Shown here: positions 18,681 through 26,161 of the stretch, in pieces
Layout: each line of letters begins with the position of its first letter
How positions within the stretch are numbered: the stretch's first letter is position 1
Source of the DNA: a candidate division WOR-3 bacterium
Lineage (GTDB): Bacteria; Hydrothermota; Tepidihabitantia; Tepidihabitantales; Tepidihabitantaceae
Reading direction: 5' to 3'
DNA length: 64,000 bases
Assembly (NCBI GenBank): GCA_965648905.1
Contig: CBFGIT010000010.1
Location: forward strand, 1 to 64,000
Notes under the pieces: model-generated
The model's database searches: none
The model's input: the letters and a program-made list of their open reading frames with translations, nothing else
Told to the model about the DNA's origin: nothing
Translations under genes and position numbers: made by a program

Positions 18681-20147
18681 GTGATGAACCGTCGTTCGTT
18701 CAAGACCGACGAGAGTTTCCTGGAGAAACTGGTTATCGGTGCCACCGGAGCACGCGCGGTCAGGGAAGACCTTCGCCGTCAGGGTCACGATCCAATTGTG
18801 CTTGAGCGCGGCTCGATGGACTACAAGATCTGGAAAGACATCAAGATCAAGCGGGTCCGAGTACCCGACATCCTGTGCCTGCGTTGCGCGACCCGGTTCG
18901 AGGCAAGAGCCAAGACAAGGCTGGAGATCACCGCATCGCACTCAAAGGCCGACCCGGCGCGCGGCTGGGACCAGGGACTTTCCGACAACGACATGCTGGC
19001 TCTCGCTCTGTGCAGCAAGAGTGGCCCACGGCCGGTTGACTGCGTTGCCTCGGGGTCGGTGCAGTATGTCTCGGTGAAGGCGTTGCGCCGCGCCTACGCT
19101 GACGGGAAGGTCGTAGAAGAAAAACCCAAGGGCGCGGGAGAAGGATTCGAACTCCGCGTAACCTGGCCGAGCGCAGTCGCCAGCGCCGGTGGGAACGTCG
19201 TTGAGGTGTCATCGTCTCGATTGCAGTACCGGCGTTTGAGCGACGGTCGTACCATTTCACTCAAGCTCGCCCGAGACCCTATCCCCCTCAAGCCGCTGGT
19301 CAAGGTCGGTGACGATGTGCGGGCGAGCCAAGTCATTGCCTCGGTCGTTCCAGTGTCAACATCCTTTGTCTGCCCCGCGGGTGCAACTGCCGGCACCTTT
19401 GCGAAGATGCTCGCGTCGTCCTCTGTTGCCGAACGCTACGCCGCGGCAAAGGCACTCGGTCACTTCAAGGGCGACAAGACCATCGCCCTGCTCACCAGGC
19501 GCTTGAGCGACGACAAGGAACACATCTACGTCCGGCTAGAGGCTGCGGCCAGTCTTGTCGTACTCGGGCACGAGTCCGGGATGGACTTTATCCGCGCAGT
19601 CCTCCAGGGTGAGTACTTCGAGCACCGGCTTGAGGCCGTCATCATTCTTGGTGAGGTGAAGACCGAGCAGGCAAGAGCCTTGCTCGCTGACGTTCTATTG
19701 GATGCGGAACAGCCGCCGGAGATAAGAGCCGGCGCGGCTTGGGCGCTCGGGGAGTTGGGCCAGGCGAAAAGCACGGACGCTCTGGTGCAGGCGTTCACGG
19801 AAATCGCCGAACCCATCCGCATCGAGGCCGCCCGGGCACTGCGCAAGATAATCGCCGGCACGAAGCTGCAGGCGGCAGCCCTGCTGCCTGACAGCCTTGA
19901 GGACCAAAGGGCCGGAATCGCCTGGGCACTGAGCAGGTCGGGTCGAATTGACGTGGACGAACTCGTCGCCGCCCTGAAGAACGACGACACCCGCCGTTGG
20001 GTTGCCTACGTGCTCGGAACTCAGGACGAGAGAGCCTTCATCGGCAGGCTCGAACAACTGCGCCGAGTTGACCCGGAGGTCTACTTCGCGGTGACGGTTC
20101 TCTGGCGGGTGATGTCCAGTTGGGTGTACAAGCTTGAGGAGTACTGA
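18681..20147 (+). CDS. Two-domain protein: unassigned N-terminal domain (about 240 aa) plus C-terminal PBS-lyase-type HEAT repeats
   Basis: C-terminal repeated AAxALG..gd..a...L...L.D....VR..Aa.AL units (HEAT/PBS lyase-like); N-terminus has no obvious family; GTG-ATG start 6 nt after upstream TAA. Confidence 0.6.
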   Translation: MMNRRSFKTDESFLEKLVIGATGARAVREDLRRQGHDPIVLERGSMDYKIWKDIKIKRVRVPDILCLRCATRFEARAKTRLEITASHSKADPARGWDQGLSDNDMLALALCSKSGPRPVDCVASGSVQYVSVKALRRAYADGKVVEEKPKGAGEGFELRVTWPSAVASAGGNVVEVSSSRLQYRRLSDGRTISLKLARDPIPLKPLVKVGDDVRASQVIASVVPVSTSFVCPAGATAGTFAKMLASSSVAERYAAAKALGHFKGDKTIALLTRRLSDDKEHIYVRLEAAASLVVLGHESGMDFIRAVLQGEYFEHRLEAVIILGEVKTEQARALLADVLLDAEQPPEIRAGAAWALGELGQAKSTDALVQAFTEIAEPIRIEAARALRKIIAGTKLQAAALLPDSLEDQRAGIAWALSRSGRIDVDELVAALKNDDTRRWVAYVLGTQDERAFIGRLEQLRRVDPEVYFAVTVLWRVMSSWVYKLEEY

Positions 20148-20151
20148 GTCC

Positions 20152-21231
20152 GTGAGTCAATTGCCTGAGCCGCTCTATACAACTCAGTGGGGCAAGGCCT
20201 ACGTCGGTGACTCCCTGGCTCTACTTCCGGAACTCCCCGCGGAATCGGTGGACCTCATCGTAACCTCGCCGCCTTTCGCCCTGCAGAGAAAGAAGGAGTA
20301 CGGCAACGAAGACCAGGACGCCTACGTTGACTGGCTGCTTCAGTTCGCGGAACCTATCAAGCGCGTCCTGAAAACCACCGGCAGCTTCGTAATTGACTTG
20401 GGCGGCGCCTATCTCGCTGGACGCCCGACCCGGTCACTGCACAACTACCGTCTGCTGCTCCGATTCTGTGATGGGCATGACTTTCGCCTCGCCGAGGAGT
20501 TCTTCTGGCACAACCCGGCCAAGCTCCCGTCGCCCATCGAGTGGGTCAACAAACGCAAGCTGCGGGCCAAGGACTCAGTCGATACAATCTGGTGGCTGTC
20601 CAAGACCGACTACCCGAAGGCTGATGTCCGGAAAGTCCTTGCGCCCTATTCAGAGCGCATGAAACAACTGCTGGCCGACAGCGAGCGATTCTACACGCCC
20701 AAGAAACGTCCATCTGGGCATGACATCAGCAGCCGGTTTGCGGACAGCAACGGCGGTGCCATCCCGTCGAATCTTCTGCAGATTCCGAACACGGAAAGCA
20801 ACTCTCCCTACCTGCGCCGTTGCGCTTCCGTGGGCGCAAAGGGTCACCCTGCCCGTTTTCCTGAGAAGCTGCCAGCCTTCTTCATACAGTTCTTGACCGA
20901 CCCCGGCGACTTGGTCCTCGACATCTTCGCCGGCTCCAACACCACCGGCGCAGCGGCTGAGCACGCAGGCAGAAACTGGCTCGCCTTCGAGAAAGACCGG
21001 ACGTACCTGGCAGCGTCTGCGTTCCGATTCCTCGACACCGACGATCCTGACGAGCTTGCCGACCTCTGGCGAACGACGACATCACTGGATGAGACGGTTG
21101 AGATACGTCCGCGGCAAGCCGAGCTGCTGATGCGAGACGCAGCCAGTGACGGCGCTGCAACGCACGGCGAACTGAAGATGGCGCGCCGGAAGTCGCGCCC
21201 TTCTCATGATAGGCGAAGGAGCGTGCGCTGA
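20152..21231 (+). CDS. DNA methyltransferase, beta-class N4-cytosine/N6-adenine family (N6_N4_Mtase-like), orphan or partner of unknown restriction enzyme
   Basis: Motif IV DLIVTSPPF precedes motif I VLDIFAGSNTTGAAAE (circularly permuted beta-class order); RBS gaggag upstream of GTG 20152 (ORF track extends to TTG 20134); last about 60 aa Arg-rich and non-conserved-looking. Confidence 0.85.
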   Translation: MSQLPEPLYTTQWGKAYVGDSLALLPELPAESVDLIVTSPPFALQRKKEYGNEDQDAYVDWLLQFAEPIKRVLKTTGSFVIDLGGAYLAGRPTRSLHNYRLLLRFCDGHDFRLAEEFFWHNPAKLPSPIEWVNKRKLRAKDSVDTIWWLSKTDYPKADVRKVLAPYSERMKQLLADSERFYTPKKRPSGHDISSRFADSNGGAIPSNLLQIPNTESNSPYLRRCASVGAKGHPARFPEKLPAFFIQFLTDPGDLVLDIFAGSNTTGAAAEHAGRNWLAFEKDRTYLAASAFRFLDTDDPDELADLWRTTTSLDETVEIRPRQAELLMRDAASDGAATHGELKMARRKSRPSHDRRRSVR

Positions 21232-21465
21232 AGATCGACCTGCCCGAGACGCTCTCGAACCTGACCGGCAAGCGCATCCGCCGCATCCTGCCGGGATCGG
21301 TCGAGTTCGAAGACGGCACGGTCATCGACCTGACCAAACTAGGTTTCGAGTTCTTCAAGCTCATCAAGCCGATGGTGTGGTGGTGAAGGTGGTCGGCGCT
21401 GATCAGCCATCTAGCCCGCAGCACGGGCCATCGGTATCCCTGAAGGTTGACTGACAAAGGAGGAA

Positions 21466-22014
21466 GTGGCAATGCAGAAAGGCGAAAATGGCTTCGCGTG
21501 TTTCCTACTGAGCCTGCTGACGCTGGGAATAATCCGATTCTTCAGCGTCCCCCAAGGATACGTTAGATTCGTTACGGCCTTCGGCAAGTTTCGCAGGAAA
21601 TGCGAACCCGGCCTAGGCCACTGTGTTTCATTCTTGGGTCTATACCAGAAGCCCACACGGCTCGTGCCCATCATGGAGCAGGTACGCGACTATCCCAAGG
21701 AAAGCGTATTCACTCGCGATGGCGTTAAGTGCAGGATTGACTCGGTTGTGTTCTTCACCATCAAAGACTCCTTCAAGGCTGTCTTCGAGGTTGAGGACCA
21801 TGAGGCGGCGATCTTCAGCCTTGTACGCGCCACCCTGCGCAATGAGTGTGGGAACCTCGCGGCCCGTGAACTTCTGTCGGGTAGGGAGAGACTGGCAGAT
21901 AGACTTCGGAGTCAGCTCGACAAAGACACTGAGCCGTGGGGCATTTCCGTCAGGCTGGTTGAGATTACCGACATAGCCATGACGGTCAACGACAAAGAGG
22001 AGGTGCTAACATGA
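21466..22014 (+). CDS. SPFH/band-7 (stomatin/prohibitin-like) membrane protein
   Basis: N-terminal TM helix then SPFH domain (VPQGYVRFVTAFGKFRRKCEPGLGHCVSFLG...TRDGVKCRIDSVVFFTIKD...WGISVRLVEITDI). Confidence 0.75.
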   Translation: MAMQKGENGFACFLLSLLTLGIIRFFSVPQGYVRFVTAFGKFRRKCEPGLGHCVSFLGLYQKPTRLVPIMEQVRDYPKESVFTRDGVKCRIDSVVFFTIKDSFKAVFEVEDHEAAIFSLVRATLRNECGNLAARELLSGRERLADRLRSQLDKDTEPWGISVRLVEITDIAMTVNDKEEVLT

Positions 22015-22451
22015 TGTCCGTGAAAGCTCTTGATGAGGATGTCCGTCCCGTAGTAGACGAACGCGAGCTGCTGCAGTTCGAGGCCGAGAACGTACGGACC
22101 TTCTATTCCTTGACGGCCCCGGCCCGCAAGGAGTACACGATCCAGATGGCCGAGGCGGAGGCGGAGAGAATACGTATCGTGCGGAAAGCGCAAGCCGAGG
22201 GCATACTCGCCATCCGCAAGGCGGAGGCAGAAGGCTACAAGCTAATGGGCGAGGCCCTCGCGCAGTGCGGACAGGCCGAACAAGTGCTTAAGCTCGCAGG
22301 GCTCGTGGCACTGCAGGACGTCGCGCGGTCGCTGGCAAACGGCACAGCGACGAAGATACTGCTTCCTCACGGTATGGGTGACATTTTCTCGCTTGTTGCA
22401 GGTTGGAAGGAAATCCTGGCGTCGGCCTCACCCACTGCGAGTCCGGACTGA
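22011..22451 (+). CDS. Coiled-coil protein resembling the C-terminal AERE/AEGE helical region of band-7 proteins; ATGA-coupled to upstream SPFH gene
   Basis: QMAEAEAERIRIVRKAQAEGILAIRKAEAEGYKLMGEA resembles post-SPFH helical region; 4-nt ATGA overlap suggests translational coupling rather than random frameshift. Confidence 0.5.
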   Translation: MMSVKALDEDVRPVVDERELLQFEAENVRTFYSLTAPARKEYTIQMAEAEAERIRIVRKAQAEGILAIRKAEAEGYKLMGEALAQCGQAEQVLKLAGLVALQDVARSLANGTATKILLPHGMGDIFSLVAGWKEILASASPTASPD

Positions 22452-22524
22452 TGAGAACAGCGCCTCAACCCTGCGATAGCCCAGACCGGGGAGTTGTGCG
22501 TTTCACAGAGAGGAGGTGATCCCG

Positions 22525-22929
22525 ATGGCCACCAAGAAGTGTCCGACATGCCCATTCAGCTACGACACTGACAAGAAGGACTCCTACCAAGAGTGCTCTG
22601 AGTGCGGGGCTCGTTTCTGCAACAGCTGCGCCGGCAGACACGGCTGGAAGTGCCCCGTATGCAAGAGCCCATTTGGTCGACTCGAGCACCCGCCAGGCTG
22701 CTCTCGAAGGACGAACCGACTGCGAGGGTTACCCGTCTCCTCCGCTGAGGGGATAGAAGCTCATGGCCCTAACGCTCCTCCAAGACATGGTCGAGGGCAG
22801 GCCCTATCAGTCCCTTCCGGCCAACTGGAGTTCGTTCGACCTGAAGAGCTTCTCGCGGCAGAAGCAGCTTTGGGGCTATCAGCAGCAGGCCGTCGCGTCG
22901 GCAGTGGTCGCGTTGTGGAAGTACTATGA
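22525..22929 (+). CDS. Small 8-cysteine zinc-ribbon protein (functional part about first 55 aa; long 3' tail probably not real)
   Basis: AGGAGG RBS 7 nt upstream of ATG 22525; CPTC-x11-CSEC-x5-CNSC-x7-CPVC; tail is low-complexity and overlaps next ORF. Confidence 0.45.
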   Translation: MATKKCPTCPFSYDTDKKDSYQECSECGARFCNSCAGRHGWKCPVCKSPFGRLEHPPGCSRRTNRLRGLPVSSAEGIEAHGPNAPPRHGRGQALSVPSGQLEFVRPEELLAAEAALGLSAAGRRVGSGRVVEVL

Positions 22930-23452
22930 GGACTTCGGCGACTACCAGCGCGGCGAGAGCTTGGACGTGAACCTGGAGCGGAAGCGGCGGTTCTGTCTGT
23001 GGTATCAGGATAACGAACTGCCGCAGGGGATAAACCTGACGCTGTCGCGGCTCGGGCGGCACGTGCGGATGCTCGACGACTACTACGACACGGCGGCGGG
23101 CCTGCCTGCCGCGACGCGGAATGCGGCGCAGGCAGGCGAGATTCCGTTTGAGAGCATCGTCAATCGGATGTGCTTCTGGATGGCAACCGGTTCCGGCAAG
23201 ACGTTGGTGCTGGTCAAACTCGTCGAGGTTCTGCGCGGGTTGATTCTGGCCGGTGAGATTCCGCCGAATGACATCCTGGTGCTGACGCATCGGGAAGACC
23301 TGATTGAGCAGCTCAAGCGCCACGTTCAGGAGTTCAACTCCTCGCGCAATGACCTGTACATCCGACTGCGGGAACTGAAGGAATACGCCGAGGCGAAGTG
23401 GGAGAATCCAACCGCTTCGCGGCCAGGGCAAAGGTCAAGGCGAGAGGAATGA
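22763..23452 (+). pseudogene. Truncated SF2 helicase / type III res-like ATPase N-terminal fragment (motif I and Ia only)
   Basis: Q-motif-like GYQQQAV, Walker A MATGSGKTLVLV, motif Ia ILVLTHREDLIEQ; ORF ends before DEAH box; downstream about 700 bp lacks ORFs. Confidence 0.55.
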
Positions 23453-24102
23453 CCAATGACCAAGTCCTAATGTCCCGGCAAGGCCCAGGCGCCAATAGCG
23501 AGCAGCGGGCTGCGCCGCGAATGGCCGGGTTGCGGTGCGTCGGTTGCAGGCGGTGTCTGCAGGGACGGTCACTTTGGCAGGCTTCGGGTTTGGCCACGAG
23601 CATGGCTCTTGCCTGGGCTCTGAGCAATGCCGGTGGTTGGGCCTCTGGAAATGCCTATGGTCATGCCCTTTGAAGTGCCGGCGGTCGTGCCGGGCAGCGT
23701 GACGCCTGAAATCACGGCTGTCGTGCCGGTTCGCGCGACGAGGGTTGTGCCAGCCGCAATTGAGAGCGAGTCGCCACCTGGTTGTACGTCAGCAATCCCG
23801 CCCGACATGTCTTGGAGATTGCCGAGACAGTCGAAGTCGCCAGTAACGCTGGTCGCGCCAACAGAAGTGACAATAGGAATGCATCGGGGGACGGTGTACC
23901 GGGCGTGCCAGAGTCAGGTTTGTCGGCGACGGGTTGTGCGTGCAACTCTCTAAGGACAATGGCGTTAGCCGCAGTCTGTTGACCGGCTGGCGCTGGGTCG
24001 CTTGATTAAGCGACATGTCGGCTTCTGGGTCTTGGGCTGTACGCGCGGCTTTCACTTAGGTCGAATATGCTTGTCAGTCTGAACTCGAGCGGCCGCTTGT
24101 TC

Positions 24103-24130
24103 TTGACTTCGGGCCAGGGGGGGGTATTAT
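24103..24130 (+). promoter_or_regulatory. Sigma70-like promoter (ttgact-16-tattat) for lipoprotein gene
   Basis: ttgact at 24103-24108, 16-nt spacer, tattat at 24125-24130, about 45 nt upstream of ATG 24177. Confidence 0.45.
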
Positions 24131-24176
24131 CGGGCAAGTTCCTCAAGTACAAAGAGTCTTAAAAGGAGACGCATAG

Positions 24177-24830
24177 ATGTCGAGGAATGCAGTAGTTCTG
24201 GTCCTTGCCGTGGCTGCACTGGCAGTTATCGGGTGTGGTGGCCAGAAGCCGGCTGAGCCGCAGGTTCAGAAGCCTGCTGAGCCGGCGTTTGTTGCCGAGC
24301 TGGTGACGACCGATTCGATGGTCGTTGCCTCAATGTCCAAGATGGGACCGTATTCAGACGTGGGCAAGAGCGTTGCCGAGCTCCTGGCTTGGGCCGCCAG
24401 CGCCAAGGTTGGGCTGGCGCCAGGAGCAATGCCGTTCGGAGTGTATTTCGACAATCCAGCGAACGTGAAGCCGGAGAGCACGAGATACGAGGTCTGTGTT
24501 CCGGTTCCCAAGGGCACCAAGAGCGACAAGAAGGCAGGGGTCATCGTCAAGATGCTGCCGCCGATGCAGCTCGCTCAGACCAGCTATACCGGGTCTTATG
24601 AGAAGGTTGCGCCGGTGTATGCCGGGCTGTACAGGTGGATTGGCGAGAAGGGCTATACCCCGGGTGGACCGATGATTGAGTTCTACCTGAGTGACCCGGC
24701 CAAGGTCCCGGCAGAGTCGCTTCAGTCCAAGGTCTGCGTTGTGCTTGCGCCGGCTCCGCCGCCGGACACGACAAAGAAGCCTGTCCCGCCGGCAACCGAA
24801 ACCGGTAAGCCGGACAAGACCGGGCGCTAG
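24177..24830 (+). CDS. Lipoprotein with GyrI-like (AraC effector-binding-like) small-molecule binding domain and Pro-rich C-terminal tail
   Basis: Lipobox LAVIGCGG; GyrI-like segment (MGPYSDVGKSVAELLAWA...PFGVYFDNP...YEVCVPV...SYTGSYEKV...YRWIGEKGY..GPMIEFY). Confidence 0.65.
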   Translation: MSRNAVVLVLAVAALAVIGCGGQKPAEPQVQKPAEPAFVAELVTTDSMVVASMSKMGPYSDVGKSVAELLAWAASAKVGLAPGAMPFGVYFDNPANVKPESTRYEVCVPVPKGTKSDKKAGVIVKMLPPMQLAQTSYTGSYEKVAPVYAGLYRWIGEKGYTPGGPMIEFYLSDPAKVPAESLQSKVCVVLAPAPPPDTTKKPVPPATETGKPDKTGR

Positions 24831-24852
24831 AAGTCTGCCAGATTGCTCAAGA

Positions 24853-24883
24853 CCGGCCCTGCCAGTCAGGGCCGGTTGCTTTT
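24853..24883 (+). terminator. Rho-independent terminator hairpin
   Basis: ccggccctg-ccagt-cagggccgg perfect 9-bp stem followed by ttgctttt. Confidence 0.6.
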
Positions 24884-24916
24884 GACTTGGCCGGCGTAAG
24901 CACCTATAATCCGCCC

Positions 24917-26161
24917 GTGCGCAGGCTTTTCCTCGTTCTGTCTGGCGTTCTGGCTGTGGTCCTGGTTTCGGGCTGTGCCGGACGTCAGGTGAAGCCTGTG
25001 GGGCAGACCCTGACCGTGTTTCTGTCCCGGGCTGAGCCGGCGACGCTCGCCGGTCTGGCTGCGGCAGTGCGCGAGGCGCGGCAGACCGGGCCCGTGGTCT
25101 GGGTCGTGCCCGTGGATGCGTTCGAGCCCGGCCCGGCAACTTACCTGACCGATGGCGAGAGCGCGGTGAGGCTGCTCAATTCGGCTGGTGTTGACGCGGT
25201 GCTCTTGACACCAGAGTGGCTTGAGTTTGGGCCAGCCCGGCTTGGACAACTGGTGGATATGGCCCGGTTCTATCTGCTCAGTGCCAATGTTCTGGACAGT
25301 ACCGGGCAGCCGCTGGCACATCAGTTCATGGTCAGGCGCCAGGGTGACGTTGATGTTGGTCTGGCCGGGCTGTGGCTCGTTTCGCTTGGCCGCGGAGCGC
25401 AGGCGGGCGGTGTTCGGCTGGCTGAGCCGCGTCTTGCTGCGGCCAGGGTGGAGGCGTTGATGCGACAGCGGGCCGGTGTTGTGGGTGTTGTTGTCGGCGG
25501 GTCGGATTCTGCACCGGCGTGGGGTTTCGATTTTGTGGTCGGGGCTTCGGGCTCGGCCGCGGTTCGGCTTGTTCTGACCGGGGCGGTGGCGCGGTATGAT
25601 CTGCAGATCAATGACGGTGTGATTGTCTCGGCCAGGCCGTTGCGGGTGGACCTGGAACGCATGAACCCGGATTCGATGGTCAAGGCGGTGTGCGATTCGA
25701 TTGACCGGGAGGTAGAAGCAGTCGGCGCCATGACCGTGACCAAACAGCGCAGCCGGGCCTCGGCCGACGAGCTGGCCCGAAGGTTGGTCAGCGGGTTCCT
25801 TGCGACGAGAGAGGCAGAGGTGTGGCTTTCCGACGGGCCGTTGTTCCGGGCAGGGTGGGATGGAGCAGGCATCGTCCGGCGCGACCTGGTTACGTTGCTC
25901 TTTGAGCCTCAGCGTCCGGTTCTGTTCGAGCTATCCGGGGCAGAGCTCAAGCTGCTGGCGCGGCAGCAAGGGTTGAGACTGGCGTTTGGTTCCGGCATCA
26001 CGGTCGGTCGCCTGGCTGACAGCAGGAGCTACCGGGTTGCAGCAACCGCCGGACTGCTGGACCGGCATCCACAGTTGCAGGTTAGGGGTCTGGCACGCGC
26101 GGTTCAGCCGCTCTGGACAATTGCGGCTGATGTCTTAGAATCGGCTGCGGCTGTAAGATGA
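24917..26161 (+). CDS. Hypothetical lipoprotein (possible degenerate 5'-nucleotidase/metallophosphoesterase-like fold)
   Basis: GTG start then lipobox LVSGCAG; coding-like throughout; no confident domain. Confidence 0.55.
   Translation: MRRLFLVLSGVLAVVLVSGCAGRQVKPVGQTLTVFLSRAEPATLAGLAAAVREARQTGPVVWVVPVDAFEPGPATYLTDGESAVRLLNSAGVDAVLLTPEWLEFGPARLGQLVDMARFYLLSANVLDSTGQPLAHQFMVRRQGDVDVGLAGLWLVSLGRGAQAGGVRLAEPRLAAARVEALMRQRAGVVGVVVGGSDSAPAWGFDFVVGASGSAAVRLVLTGAVARYDLQINDGVIVSARPLRVDLERMNPDSMVKAVCDSIDREVEAVGAMTVTKQRSRASADELARRLVSGFLATREAEVWLSDGPLFRAGWDGAGIVRRDLVTLLFEPQRPVLFELSGAELKLLARQQGLRLAFGSGITVGRLADSRSYRVAATAGLLDRHPQLQVRGLARAVQPLWTIAADVLESAAAVR

Noticed and set aside
21206-21454. 82-aa ORF after the MTase as a real gene
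   Set aside because: Poor codon usage for this genome and junk-like R/P/H-rich product; the overlapping frame-0 reading looks far more coding-like but lacks a start, so it is reported as a remnant instead
22690-22929. C-terminal 80 aa of the zinc-ribbon ORF
   Set aside because: Low-complexity (G/R/A/P-rich); it overlaps the start of the helicase-like ORF, which has its own start. The functional zinc ribbon is probably about 55 aa, or the tail is a frameshift artefact
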